DNA from: Eledone cirrhosa | Taxonomy: Eukaryota | Assembly: GCA_964016885.1 (NCBI GenBank) | Contig: OZ024742.1 | Coordinates: forward strand, 124,248,001-124,312,000 | Direction: 5' to 3' | Length of the DNA stretch: 64,000 nucleotides | In this document: piece by piece, positions 42,332 through 55,845 of the stretch | Layout: every line of letters starts with the position of its first letter | How positions within the stretch are numbered: the first letter of the stretch is position 1 | Position numbers and translations under genes: made by a program | Notes under the pieces: generated by a model | Seen by the model: only the letters and a program-made list of their open reading frames with translations | The model's database searches: none | What the model was told of the DNA's origin: nothing

Positions 42332-44160
42332 CTTCTTCTCCTTCTTTTTCTTCATCTTCGCCCACTTATAACTGGGACGGTCATGGGGGCATATTCCTCA
42401 AACAACCATTCCAGCAGTTCCTCTCAGAAGCAACCGACCGACCAAGTTCATGGATGTTGCTTGCTTTCTTCCACTGGATCTTCTGCCATCGGGTTTGCTC
42501 GTAAAATCTGTCCAGAGATTTTTTTCCCAGAGACATTCTAACCACCTGACCATAGTATCGGCACTGTGATATCTCAATTTGGAGAAGTAGTGGCTCTACC
42601 TGGAGTGACTCTCTTATCAACGAGCTACGCACTCTATTGAGTAAGATTACTCCAAGGATCCTTCGGAGGAACTCCATTTAGGCCGCTTTTATTCGCGATT
42701 TTGTTCTTTCGGTCATTACGCAAGATTTATTACCATAGGAAAGTGTTGGCATGGATACCGCTTTGAAGATAGTAAGTTTGGCTTTTATGCCTGCCTCCCT
42801 TCTGATTACTGAAAGCTGATGGGCGAGCATTACAACACAAGCTCCTGCAATTCTTGTACTTACTTCAGCCTCCAGCTTTCCATCACTCGTCCACAAATAT
42901 TTTACATGCGTTAGTGGAACTTCATTCCCATGTAGAGTGCTCTGCACATACTTCATTGAGAGGACAAGTTTCTCAGTTTTCGCAGCACCGGCTTTCATTC
43001 CAAGCAAGTAGAACCAGGCTGCGCATGTCAGTTCTGTTCATGTAAATAAGAACAGGAGAGGTGACAATGCGCACCCCTGGCGAACCTCGACTCATACATT
43101 GAATTGTTTCGGTTTATCACAGTTTATACAAACACAAATATTCTGGCATTCGTATAGAGACATCAGGGTATCAAGAAGCTGACCATGAATCCCATACTCC
43201 TGTAGAACATTCCACAGCCGGCCCCAACGCGGGCATATGCCTTTTCAAGGTCAATAAAAAAAGTATAAAACTCTTGGCAATTCTCCAACGATTTCTCGGA
43301 GACCAGCCGGGTTGTGAATATCTGGTCGTCTGTGCCACGTCCGGGCGGAAACAGCACTATTCAGCAGCCAGATTGGAGACGAAAATCCCCCTCCATCAAT
43401 TCGCCAGACACCTAGCATAGACTTTACCAAGGTGGTTTAACAAAGAAATCCCTCTGTAATTAGAGCAATCTGTTTTGTCTCCCTTTTGAAATTTAAAATT
43501 AGCACACCCAATTGCCATTGTTTGGCTACCTATGCAGAGATCCAGGCTACCCAACATACACGATTCAGCCAAATAATACATGTTCTATTTAATCTTTTGT
43601 TAACGTCTCGGAACTGATTTCATCTTCGCCAGCAGCCTTGTCGTATTAAAGCTGAGCCACTGAGAGATTAGTCACCACTTCCAGACGCAGGTCGTGTACA
43701 TCCAAATATACTGTTGTGATCGGGTCTAGTAGATCAGAAAAGTATTCTCTCCACCTTTTGAGGAGAATCCCAGGCGCGCGTTCTTGATAGAAGGTGTAGA
43801 GAAGGGTTTCTTATTACAAAGTGGTCGGATGATATGCCGGAACAATTTATTTGCTGATCTTAAGTCGGATTCTAGCTTAACCCAAAAGCCACTCATGTCA
43901 TAAATTTGGACGCCTTTACTGTCTCTGCTGCGATTCTTTCTGCCTACTTGTACTGTACGTGCCAGAAGGAGGATGTATTTCAAAGCCAAGCTTTGTAAGC
44001 CTCGTTCTTTGCTTGGATGTCATCTGTGATTTCTTGATTGACTAAAGGGGTCTTCCTACCATTCAGAGCCACACAAATGCTCTTTCACCGGAGCATTTAA
44101 AAGCTGAAGCAGAAACTGCCGCGTTGAACAAACTCTACTCTGTCTCAACGTCAATACCTA
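42332..44160 (-). mobile_element. Decayed RTE-type LINE, second family
   Basis: KGDKTDCSNYRGISLL, GRGTDDQIF, FIDLEKAY, MEFLRRILG, YGQVVRM in fragmented ORFs; (GAA)-rich 3' tail. Confidence 0.8.
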
Positions 44161-44219
44161 GATTATGTATGCATACATCAAGGTATCGACGTTGAGACAG
44201 AGTAGAGTTTGTTCAACGC
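44121..44219. repeat. ~99-bp near-perfect palindrome at the 5' truncation end of the RTE
   Basis: gcgttgaacaaactctactctgtctcaacgtcaatacct...aggtatcgacgttgagacagagtagagtttgttcaacgc. Confidence 0.9.
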
Positions 44220-44290
44220 TTATATATATATAGAGAGAGAGAGATTGTTCAACCCCCCCCCCCCCCACACACACACACACATACACACCC

Positions 44291-44335
<45 letters not shown>

Positions 44336-44916
44336 GTGCATTATATGTATGTGTGTGTGTATTTGTGTCTATATATTCCTAATGATATGTACATATGAGT
44401 GTGCATATTTTGTAGAGGAACGTGAGTATTTCCATACAGAATTCTATTTCAACTTATGTCTAAATCAGTGTATCAGACATGAAAATTCAAAACATAATAT
44501 AATTTTATGTATTTTGAATTAATACCACCATACGGAAAGAATTTAAATATCGTTTTTATTTACATTATTACCAGGAATCCGATGGTAGGTAAATCAAATA
44601 CTTCATGATCACATACATATATCTTAAGAATCACTGAAACATTAAATCAAAGCTGAGAATGGAAATAAACAAAAAGAAAATTGTTTTACATCAAGCAAAT
44701 ATTAGCAAACATATTTTAAGTCATCTATCAATTTATTAATATGTATGTGTGCATTTAGAAAAGCAATTTTTAGGTGACAAGATACAAATTCTATAAGAAA
44801 AGTCAATATTTCACTAACCGAATGATCGTTAGTAGGAAAAACAACGGTGAATTTTAAATAACACTGTGCATTTTTCATATAAAGGCAGAAACATCTCCCA
44901 TGATTTCTTCAAACAG

Positions 44917-45018
44917 CGAGGTTAACTTTGCCTTTCATCCTTACGGGGTCGATAAAATAAAGTACCAGTAATGCACTGGGTAATTGCTGGCCTTGTGCCA
45001 AAAGTAGAAACAATTATT
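44917..45018 (+). mobile_element. 5'-truncated SINE
   Basis: cgaggttaactttgcctttcatccttacggggtcgataaaataaagtaccag...gtagaaacaattatt. Confidence 0.85.
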
Positions 45019-45057
45019 GAACTAAAAATATATATATATATTTGATAAACACATTGG

Positions 45058-45091
<34 letters not shown>

Positions 45092-45750
45092 CCCTCTCTC
45101 TCCCCACCTCTCACTCTCTCTCTATCTATCTCACTCTCTCTCTCTCTATCTCACTCTCTCTCTGTATGTATAATATACATGTTTGTATGTATGTATGTAC
45201 GTATTAGAACATATATATGTATTTTTATATATAATTATATATTTGAGTTGTGCTTAACAGCAGATACAAATGGAGCTTAATACGTTGGTAGAGTTTAGGC
45301 ATCTCTATCATTTAGAGAAATGACTTCCGCAGTACTAAATATGTCTCATTCGTATGAAATCATCATGAATATCCTATTCTTTCTTGGCTAATAACATAAG
45401 GTACAGTCCTTTTTGTGGAATGGGGAGGTTCTTCGTGGAAGTGTAGATGTCCAGTTTGGCTATCATGATTCCGTCACGATGGTTGTAAAGGGCTATGTTG
45501 GGTGATGTATAATAAGTAGGTTCTCGAATAGTGTTGAGCGTAACCGCAGTTTAAAAAGGTACTTAATACGTAGGTATCATTATCATATCTAGAAATTACT
45601 TCCACAGGACTAGAACTAATTCATTTGTATGAAACAGTTCTAGTGCTGTAGTAGTCATTTCTATATACAATAAAGATATGTATATATGTATGTAAATATA
45701 AATATATATATGAGTGAAAATTAGAAATGGTGGTTCTCTGAAATAGCGAT

Positions 45751-45915
45751 ATATATATGAATGTATATATAGTGTATTTTGCAATACACTGTTTGCTGAA
45801 AATTGAAATAACTGACATTGTCACTATTTTAAAACTATAGCGTATGGTCTTCAAAATGCTTTTAATTAAGCATACAGTGTATTGCAAAATACACTATATA
45901 TACATTCATATATAT
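45751..45915. repeat. ~47-bp inverted repeat with 71-bp spacer
   Basis: atatgaatgtatatatagtgtattttgcaatacactg and its reverse complement; both arms translate as [11 protein letters not shown] in the ORF track. Confidence 0.85.
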
Positions 45916-45954
45916 TAATATATTCTTATCCATCTATCTATCCCCCCCTCCCCA

Positions 45955-45986
<32 letters not shown>

Positions 45987-46044
45987 TTATTTATATATAT
46001 ATATATACATATATATATTTATACATATGTATATATATATACAC

Positions 46045-46081
<37 letters not shown>

Positions 46082-46093
46082 GGAAGAAGTAAG

Positions 46094-46182
46094 ACCCCGA
46101 CGGCTCACATCAAGCCGTTTCGACGGCTAATTTTGAATGAAAATTTATTCTGTTATTTAAATAGCCGAGCTTATCAAGGGGT
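46094..46182 (-). ncRNA. Type I hammerhead with U3:A8 core (sense pLTR)
   Basis: ACCCC-UUGAUAA-G..CGGCUA/UAGCCG.C-GAAA-CGGCU[7 nt]AGCCG-U-C^GGGGU. Confidence 0.8.
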
Positions 46183-47335
46183 AATTCCATATATGGTCAA
46201 AGAGATAATCACCAGGATTGGTCACATCACAAGTTAGTAGTAAATCTGTGATGGCAAATTGGTGGGGGAAGGGGTAGCTAAACCTGCCGGTAGGAGAAAA
46301 AGGAGAGAGGGTGGAGTAAACCCATTCATGCGTTGGTAGTGCCGGCTACAGCTGGGTGTGAAGTCAAAGAGGATACTGGGGAGGCGGAGGGGGAGGAAGT
46401 CGAAACGGTAAGTAGAACAATGAAGGGTAAAACTATAAAAAGTACTGAGAATGAAAAAAAAATATATATATAAGCAAAGTCTGGTTACTAAGACTTAAGT
46501 CTCTCGCTATTGCTAAGCTAAAGAAAGACATTAATAAATAAATAAACAAATAAGTGAATAAAAGAATAGATAAATAAATAAAAAAAAATATAATAAATAA
46601 TAATAATAAAAATAAACTAGGTGGGACGGAAATAAAGGGACCCTTATACGAGATATAAGTTCGTGTGTCGTACGGTGACGGGTCAACAAAAGGGGTGCCA
46701 AAATACTAAAGAGACTACCACGAAATAATAAAGGTTTCTACCCCAATCACAGGGCCAGCACCACCCAGTGCAAGAAAGTAAACTAGTACGAGAATATAAT
46801 TCAGGGTCCCGCAAAAAAATACTAATGCAAACTCTAAGGGTACCGCAACGAAACAAAAAGTCTTATACAAGTTACATGTAATATCGTACGAAGTAAAAGT
46901 GAAGAACGGAAAATTAATACAGAAACACCCCCACCCCCCACCCCCAACAAAAAAAAGAGAAAAAGAAGAAATAAATACTGGATAAACGAGAAATTAAAGC
47001 AAAGATGCCACTAAGAAATATAGAAGGCACGGAAAAAAAGGCACAGCGGTCGGAGAAGGGGGCAAGTATCGGAAGTCTAACACCTCTGCTATAAAAAGCG
47101 GAGTCAGCCAAATCTATCATAGAATAGGGGAGAGGGTGGGGGTGCTGAAGCTACAAGTGACCGAGGGGCTACCTCGGGTGGGCGAGAAAAAGACGACGAC
47201 AAAGAAAAGGTAATGGGGTAGGGAGGGATGGGGGAAAGAAGGATATATAGAGGAAGCGATAAAAGATGTAAAAGAAGATCTTACGTCTCCATTGGCAAGT
47301 AGGGGTTACCCATTACAAAATAGGAAAGTGGGGTG

Positions 47336-48520
47336 TTATATCCCTAGTCTACCCCCCCCCGGGGTCATTATGGGGTTTGAGGGCGAGGTAAGTCCTACGT
47401 AATCGGTGTTTACATGCAGTAACCAGTTCATATTTCTTTTTAGGAGTTGGTCCGTCGAAAACAACATTTGTAAAGTTTCCTCCGAGCATAAATTGCACGG
47501 ACGGCGTCCTCCCGTGTAAGAGTTTGCTCTGGACAGTAATTTCCAAGCGAGATCATAGTTGATGTTGTTGTCCTTGAGGTCCCAGATGTGGCGCGAAAGT
47601 GTAGTGGAGTGACGCCGGACCGGGTTTCGGAAGGTATATCTGTGTTGGTATAGCCGGGTCTTGAAGTTACATGTGGTTAATCCTATATAAGCTTTGTTGG
47701 AGGTGTCCGTGCTCATGTTGCACTGGTAGATCACATTACGGTCTCTGCATCTGTTGTCGAGGGGGCTACTGGATCTATCAGGACAGTTGCACCTCCTGGT
47801 CGGCTCTCCACTGCTATTTAGGTTGTTTGTTCCATCGGGGTTGAGTTTTTTGTTGTTGGAGGAGACGATGTTTTGTGCGAAGTTAGGTGTAGTGCTGTAA
47901 GAGAGTTTGATGGTATTTTTGTTATTTATGTTGTGGTAGCGGTGTTGTAGTGGGAAGTGTTTTTCAATGAGCCTAAAGAAAATGTTCCCGATGTGAGTTG
48001 TCACCTCGGCGTTGTGGGGAGGATTGAACCATGTTACAATGCGTGAGCGGCGGTGTCGCCTGCTGGTTCCGCTAATGGGAGCTGGACAGTAGGATATTTC
48101 CTCCCGGAAACCACTCCACCTGAGGGCCTGGTTGTAGTAAGGCGCATGTTCATCGAATATCCTCTCATTAGCTGACAAACGGGATATGCGGAGGGAGATG
48201 TTTTTTACCAGGTTGTTGGTGATGTTCCTAGGATGGTTAGATCGGCGGTGGATGTAGTGCAGGTTGTCATTGGGTTTCCTGTATGTGTAGTACAGGTCAT
48301 TATTGAGATCAAGGGTAACGTCCAGGAAATTAACTCGGGTCAGGGACGTTTGTAGGGTTATTTTAAATCCTCAGTCGCGGAAGAAGCTGATTAATTGTTT
48401 ACGGACCCGATATGTACTACTGGGGTTGTACCCTTTAAGGGTAAGGAGCCCATCTTCACGGTACAATCCACCACCGAAAGCAAGAAACATTTCGGTGAGT
48501 TTGGCTATAAGGAATAATCC
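47336..48520 (-). pseudogene. PLE RT C-terminal half plus GIY-YIG endonuclease
   Basis: GLYREDGL, NFLDVTLDL, YRKPN..YIH..SNHP, WFNPP, CNC, VIYQC..YIGLT..FKTR..QH, CNLC; in-frame TGA at 48371-48373 and a C-terminal frameshift. Confidence 0.88.
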
Positions 48521-48616
48521 TCTACTCCTTCCCCCACCAATTTGCCATCACAGATTTACTACTAACTTGTGATGTGACCAATCCTGGTGATTATCTCTTT
48601 GACCATATATGGAATT

Positions 48617-48710
48617 ACCCCTTGATAAGCTCGGCTATTTAAATACCAGAATAAATTTTCATTCAGTCCAGCGTTAGCCGTCGAAACGGCTTGAGCTCAG
48701 CCGTCGGGGT
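48617..48710 (+). ncRNA. Type I hammerhead with U3:A8 core (inverted pLTR)
   Basis: ACCCC 48617-48621, UUGAUAA 48622-48628, GAAA 48683-48686, stem III CGGCU[UGAGCUC]AGCCG, GUC site with predicted cut after 48705, then GGGGU. Confidence 0.82.
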
Positions 48711-48791
48711 CTTACTTGTTCCTATTACCCACTCTACTACCCTAATTATTGAGTACTTTGGTCCACCTGGTTCCTAACCACATTTCCTTCG

Positions 48792-48844
<53 letters not shown>

Positions 48845-48927
48845 GGAGGTGAGTTTTATTGTAGTACAATAAAGCAATGCAGATATCGGATAAGAAGCAC
48901 TCTACAGTTTGTGGGACTGGAGTATGC

Positions 48928-49245
48928 ATAATATAAGATCAAAAGATGGTTAAAGGAGTTCCATATATTTTATTATGCGCATTTCAAAAACAAACATCAT
49001 CAAACAATAATATTTGTGTTTTCATCAGATAAAACAGGAGAACATGATATGAAGGCTAAAAAACACTTGTTGATAGTGCAGTTTATGTTGATTTAAAACT
49101 GCACTATCAACAAGTGTTTTTTAGCCTTCATATCATGTTCTCCTGTTTTATCTGATGAAAACACAAATATTATTGTTTGATGATGTTTGTTTTTGAAATG
49201 CGCATAATAAAATATATGGAACTCCTTTAACCATCTTTTGATCTT

Positions 49246-49252
<7 letters not shown>
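48928..49252. mobile_element. Fold-back pLTR element, family D
   Basis: ~157-bp inverted arms 48928-49084 and 49096-49252 (no mismatch seen), 11-nt loop; probable tail 48843-48927; in (TA)n. Confidence 0.85.
49144..49214 (+). ncRNA. Type I hammerhead (mirror copy on the minus strand at 48966-49036)
   Basis: Stem I UGUUUUAU/AUAAAAUA; CUGAUGA 49152-49158; stem II ACAAAUAUUA/UGAUGUUUGU; GAAA; palindromic AUGCGCAU; AUA site with predicted cut after 49206. Confidence 0.85.
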
Positions 49253-49281
<29 letters not shown>

Positions 49282-49651
49282 TATATATACATATATACAT
49301 ATATATATATATATGCATGTATGTATGCTTGTGTGTGTGTGTTTGTAAAAGAGGGGCGTGCATACAATCTTTAGAATATACTTGCTTTCCATTTTATGTA
49401 TAGAATATATAACCCTCTTAACTTTGCGACGAATATAGCGGAAGCAAAATGTTTGTGAAAGGGATTTCGATGACTTTGCTAGATCACGTTTGCACGTGTC
49501 CTAGAAGAATCACCTTGAACCAAACTAACCTTAATTCCATCACTGACTGATACTACATCTCCCTGTTTTATGCCGATATAATGGAGTATTGCTCTATGCC
49601 AATGTAAGGCCATATATAAATAACTTATCTTTGTAGCAACAGCAGCACCAA

Positions 49652-49708
<57 letters not shown>

Positions 49709-49724
49709 CAGTAGTAGTAGTAGT
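49652..49724. repeat. (TAG)n microsatellite
   Basis: Direct inspection. Confidence 0.95.
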
Positions 49725-51781
49725 AAATATCAAGGAATTTAGGTTATTGTTTGTGAAGTCATTAAACGTTTTTGCTTGAGTTTTATATCTGAACTTAGCT
49801 TAAATATGTTTCTATGTAGTACATATCTCTCAATGTTCTATGAAACCATATTCATTTTTTTATAATATTCGATGCATTTGTCTACTTTTTCAAGTTTGAG
49901 TTTATTATATTTTCACCGACTCTTGTTTTTAGATATGTTATTAATATGACATTCCCTTTTATTTGTGCAGATTTTGATACAATATTTTTCTACATTTGTC
50001 CATACATCATATTAACTATTACGGATCGTGATGTTGACCATATATTTACTCTTTTGTTCTAAGGTAATATGTAATTTCAGATTAGCTCTATAAATGCAAT
50101 GATTGATTGAGAGTAATTTATTGTTATAGAAGCAAATGCAAATTATAAGAGATGAAACAAATTTAAATTACAAGGAATATAGATGAATCTTGGATATGTC
50201 CTGAATATACAAACAATAGTGTTAGTTTCTTATACAGATCATGCATCTTGCGTATTTCCAATAGAAGCTTTATTTCTACAGCCAAAACACCCCCACTATA
50301 TTAACTATTTCTCTTTCTATAACATTTACTATTTGTTGTATTAACTGATATAGGTGTAAAGGCTAAGAACTTCTCTGTTAATATATGGCTATCCAAATAT
50401 TAGCGCCTGTATCTCATTTTGATTGGAATAAATGCTGCCAAATATTTTTTTTATGTAGGTTATTCATGCGCAGTTCTTAGAGAGTATATGGCATCTATAT
50501 TTGATGATAAATTGCAATCCACGTGAACCGTATTGGTTAAAGTGAATATGCTAAATGATTGATGTGGAATGTGCAGGATTGCTACAATATCTTTCCTCTG
50601 GCATTCGTAAGCATCTCAGCTTCTGATGGCAATTTTATAGTAGTAGCCTCCACATTCTTCAGAGAGATGATATTTTGTTATATATTTCTGCTGCAATGCT
50701 TATCTTTTTATTTAAATGTTAGACGTATAATGTGGTTTTATGTAGATATTCACAGCATAATACTATCCACAGACCCTACTGCTTTTGGTAAAGCATCACA
50801 TTACACCATTCAGTGGATTTGTTGTATTTAGAGAATATCAATCTTATTTCTTTCTACTCAACTGTCGGCAGTGTGTTTAGATTTGATACTTAATTATTTC
50901 AGGCATTTCAATTAAATCTGTTCCGAGGTTATATTTCATCATATATTCAATTTAACTCTAGTACTGGATTAATTTGGCATTACCGCGAGATATTTTACCG
51001 TTTCTCATATCTCTCTTTTTTTAATTATAGGCCTTCATTCAGGATAATTGCATTACACAATTTAGATTCAAACCCCTAAGTTCTCCGTTAAATTTACATG
51101 AGTATCATCATCCCTTGTCACAATTCTATAATTCACACCAGGAGTATCATTAACATATTACACGTTCTCATATAAGTGTAGCATTTTGCCACTTTACAAC
51201 GAACGAAATTCTAAATGCTAAAATCCATATAAATTTATATCATTAAACATAAATATATCCATACAGTTCAGCACTCACAACCCTCCTTATAAGTCGTGCT
51301 CACCAACTTGTTTTCATAATTTTTAGGTAAAACTCTAGATAATGAATATATCAGAAATCTTTTGAGAATTTATAAGTTGCCAGAAGTGAGTACTTTCTGT
51401 ATAATACTCTGTCAACATTTAGTCTAGTGCAAAAGCAAAATGCAACTTTTAAGATATTTTCATGGGTACTACTGCAAAGCAAGAAAATGGCCATGAATGA
51501 AAAAAATATTTAATGAGGTAAAACTATCAAACAAGTGGCTCATTTCATTCGTTATTTCTCAGGTTTCACAATAGTTGATGTTATTTTTTCATCAATGTAT
51601 GTCTTCAAATATATATGTTATTGCTTACTCCTGTGAATAGACATCTAATCAAATTAGCTATTGTTTGGATTGAAAGAGACAGAAAGAGATGTTGTGAAGT
51701 GAGGGAGGGTAAACACGAGAAAACGAGGTAAGCGATAAATAATTTGGGCATATATATATATATGTGTGTGCGTGTATATAT

Positions 51782-51833
<52 letters not shown>

Positions 51834-52309
51834 CATGCATACGGCCTTGTTTCAATCATAAGCTTACTCATAATAATAAAAAGTAACTCCCTCACAAAGA
51901 AATAGCTCTGTTATTTACCAATTATTCGGAGTGTCTATCATTTATGTTCATAAAAACAAAATGTAGTTTGTAAAAGAATAATAGACAACAAAATATGCGG
52001 CATCGTATAAAGAAAACGTTATTTATATTTTATTGCAAAAACTGTCCGAAGTTAATATGATTTGTAAGTTTATATGTAACGGACAACTGAGTGATTTATA
52101 AATTCTTTCTATAGTGTCCTTTGATTTGATTTGTCACAGAAGTCCTCTTTATTATGGAAACGCGCAAGGTGTAGAAGGTTAGGTGAACGAAAAATAAAAG
52201 TAAATAATCAGATAATCATTGGAAGTGGGATATAGAAAGTACGAGAGGGGGAAGTGTGAGAATATAAGACATGCAAATAAATAAATAAATAAATAAATAA
52301 TAATAATAA

Positions 52310-52341
<32 letters not shown>

Positions 52342-54195
52342 GAATGTCTAGGAGAGCAATATAAAGCTGCACTGTTAAAATCAGAATTGGTACGCATAAA
52401 GAATGTGAACAAAAATTAATTTCGGAAAATATTGAACTTTTCTTTATTTTTCGGTTATGTTTCATTTTTTAAATAATCGATACCATTGTCATATAATTCT
52501 TTCTTTTCTACATTTACAATAATATTTTCATTCTTGTCAGTATGAAGTTGAATTGAGGGGGACAAAAACAACAATAATTGTTTGAATAATTTCCTCGTTA
52601 TATTTCTCCTTATTCTTTTCTTTCTCACTCAGATTTTCTTTGTAATTTTTCCCTCATATTTTTTTTATTTATATACTTTCTTTTTCAATTTCCCACTTCA
52701 CTCTGTTTGTCTCTCCCAGAGCCTCACTATATTTATCTTGATAGATTTCTATGCAATCTTCCCATCACTACAACCCTGAATAATTTTGAATACCTAATTA
52801 GGTCTTACTCTTAACGATCGACGTAAATTGAAATGGAACGTATTGAATTGTTCATTTTACTTGTTTTTGTTCTTTTTTATCCTTCTATCGACACTGCGAA
52901 ATTCCCAGCTTGAATATTAATATTTTCATCAGGAAAAGATAACGCATACATGAATATATTCATACATTTTTCTGTATATAACATTGAACGTGTTTACATC
53001 TTAATATTTGAAAGCAATAATTCTACGGTAAAGATGAACTTTTTCTTCACTTCACGTTAATGATACACTCACTACTTAAAATATTTGGGTCCTTTTAATT
53101 ACTATTCCATATCATTTCACTTCTTTTATGAGTTAGAATCGTACCATATTAGATATTTTCTTCTTGATTTGGGATCGCTTAATTGTTGGCAGTGCAAAAA
53201 GTACCAAAGATACGATGAAATATACTTGTATTGCTTTGCATTTCCACATCTGTAACGTTAATATTTTATTTATCTGCGAATGATAGATGATCTACTGAAG
53301 ATAATTAATCAAACCTTAGGAAAAGCTGACGGCAAATAAAACTTTAATAACATCGTTTCATTTCGTATAGATCTACAGAATTGATATTATCAGACTGTTC
53401 AAATAACCTATATGATGGGTCGGTTTCTGTTTGATCACCAAACTACTTACTCAATAAGTTAACGTAAATGACTAAGTATAAAATATTAAATTTTGTTTTA
53501 ATAACTCTGACACTTTTCAGACTTGTTTACACAGACCCTGTATAACTTTATAAAAGTGTTTGGTGAGATCCTTTGAATCCAGTTTTATGAGAATACATAT
53601 CTGGGGAATCCATGACCATGATCGTAGGGAGTTATTTTTGGCCGCACTATATCAGCGAGCAGGGAGTTTATCGTAAGTTTCGTTCAGGAATTTTTCGGTA
53701 TGATATGTTTCGGTATGATATTAAAGGGAGGTTAGCTGGTTGACGTGAAATCTGACAGAATGTTCTTATTTGATGCGTGCTCGGGTTTTTTTTATAGAAG
53801 TAGAGTGCACGGGTCAAACCTTGCGTGGTGTGTCAATTCGATGTCAGTCTCTTTATAAAAATAAATTCTACATTAAGCAAATTCCCTACCATGTCATTTA
53901 AAGTGGCATTGTAGGGAAGAAAATACGTACGTTTTCAGCCCATCACAATAATTATTTACGACCAAGCAATATATTTATTACTGTGTTATTTTTTACCCTT
54001 GCGGTGCTTCAGGCTTCATTATACTTTATAACGGTTGGGCAGACCACATTCAAAAATTGATTCGCTATAAACTCACATACACATAGCTAGATACATACGT
54101 ACAAAGATACATAATACATACCATAAACTTACACGTCATGCACTCACACTAACACAGAGATATATGCATATCATTATATATATATATATATATAT

Positions 54196-54351
54196 ACAAC
54201 AAAGAGGTCGTGGTAAGATACCAGGTGGACCATAACGCAACAGAGTATTCCATACTTATGATAGTAGAGGTGGGTAATAGAAAAAGAGTCAGGAACCGAT
54301 GGCTGTCGAAACGGCCGGAGCTCAGCCGTCGGGGTCCTGACTCTTTTCATA
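54196..54351. mobile_element. Short fold-back family C element
   Basis: Tail ggtaagataccaggtggaccataacg...gtgggtaatag; arms aaaagagtcagga/tcctgactctttt; HHR 3' half gaaacggc..gagctcagccgtc^ggggt. Confidence 0.75.
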
Positions 54352-54480
54352 TATATATGTTTGTGTGTGTGTGTGTGTGCATATGTATATACATATATAT
54401 GCATACGCACACATACACACAATATATATATACATACATATATATATATATACATATATATGTATATGTTAATATATATA

Positions 54481-54482
<2 letters not shown>

Positions 54483-54573
<91 letters not shown>
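54483..54573. repeat. (GT)n microsatellite
   Basis: Direct inspection. Confidence 0.95.
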
Positions 54574-54576
<3 letters not shown>

Positions 54577-55371
54577 TGTGTGCTTGTGTGTCTTAGCGTG
54601 TGCGAAATGTAAACGGAAACATCACAACAGACGGTGAAATACAGTGAATATATCTGTTAGCTTCACGCTCAACATTGTAGGAAAGTGAATAACATTCCGA
54701 ACGCTAAAGGTTCATAAAAGATAGAATGACAAATTAAAGAAAAAATTTAAAGATAGTGAAAGTGAGCAGGGAAAGAAATGAAAATATATTCTTTGAGAAA
54801 AACGCAGGCAGCAGTTCAGGGCCGTGAGATCTGTTGTTGCAGTCTGCGTACAATAACTTCTTACCCACACGAAGTTGTTTTCCTCACTGTTTAACGAAAG
54901 TGTGCCCTATAGCCCGCTGGTTTCGAATTTCAATAATGCGAATTTTGTTCCCCATTGAGTGAATGAGGAAATGGCCGAAGCTATGTCCGTTCTATTCGAC
55001 TCCCCAATTTAATATATAGAGTTATATAATAGTTATCGAACCCTCTTCGGATTTTGGTCTTCATAAATATTACTAGCATAAATATATATGTATATATGGA
55101 GGTGGGGAGTGAAATATATAGATAGAAGAATATTTAGAGATATATGATATTTTTAAATATTTTGAAGTTGACGACAGCCATCGTTAATATGTTACCAGAG
55201 TGGCACCACTAGGTATCCCTCTGAATACTGTTGAGAGCTATTTAGAAGAAATGTTGGAACATTTAAAATTGCCTAGAGCACCCTGTTATGATTAATGCTT
55301 GGCTTTTTTTTCCACAATAACCGATTCACTTTAGTCATTTGCGAATAGGTACTTTGTATCCCGGCAAAATA

Positions 55372-55579
55372 ATGGTTTCTTATTTAGGCTCAAGGCCAGC
55401 AATTTGGGGGGAGGAGAAAGTCGAATAAATTGACCCGAGTGCGTGATGGGTACTTTATTCATAAGGATGAAAAGCAAAGTTAACCTCGGCGTGATTTGAA
55501 CTCTGATAATAGAGGGCCGTAATTTTATGCTACGAAGCATGGCGTCCAAACCTCTAGCGATACTGCCAATCCACCGCCC
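55372..55579 (-). mobile_element. Full-length SINE
   Basis: Reverse complement of the SINE pattern, ending gatactgccaatccaccgccc. Confidence 0.85.
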
Positions 55580-55845
55580 TATCCAAGCAAAATTATTGTT
55601 TCTACGTTTTTTTTTTCTACTTTAAAATAATTGTTTCCACTTTATGCCGGCGAAATAATAAAACAAGAAATAGGTTGCATTTTGGATGAAGAAAGAAAAT
55701 TGTTATGGATCGTGGCATAATAAAAAACTCAGGGAATTGAGTCTCCACGTTTCCAGAAGTGCTTATACCATAAGCACTGAGCAATAACTTTGTGGTTACA
55801 TTCATAACTCTCTTACATTTTTTCAGGGTTACATTATTGTATATA

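Larger units (their letters stand above)
46081..48792 (-). mobile_element. 5'-truncated Penelope-like element, family C (Naiad-type), with inverted pLTR
   Basis: RT-GIY-YIG remnant 47336-48520; 46081-46277 and 48522-48724 are inverted copies; ~70-bp tail to 48792; (TA)n on both sides. Confidence 0.9.

Noticed and set aside
45300-45540. Possible PLE RT thumb remnant on the minus strand (HLHFHEEPPHSTKRTVPY)
   Set aside because: Too degenerate to call without a profile search.
48371-48373. In-frame TGA in the Naiad-type ORF as selenocysteine
   Set aside because: Not at an evidently conserved Cys; the copy also has YRED for YRDD and a frameshift; I could not identify a SECIS.
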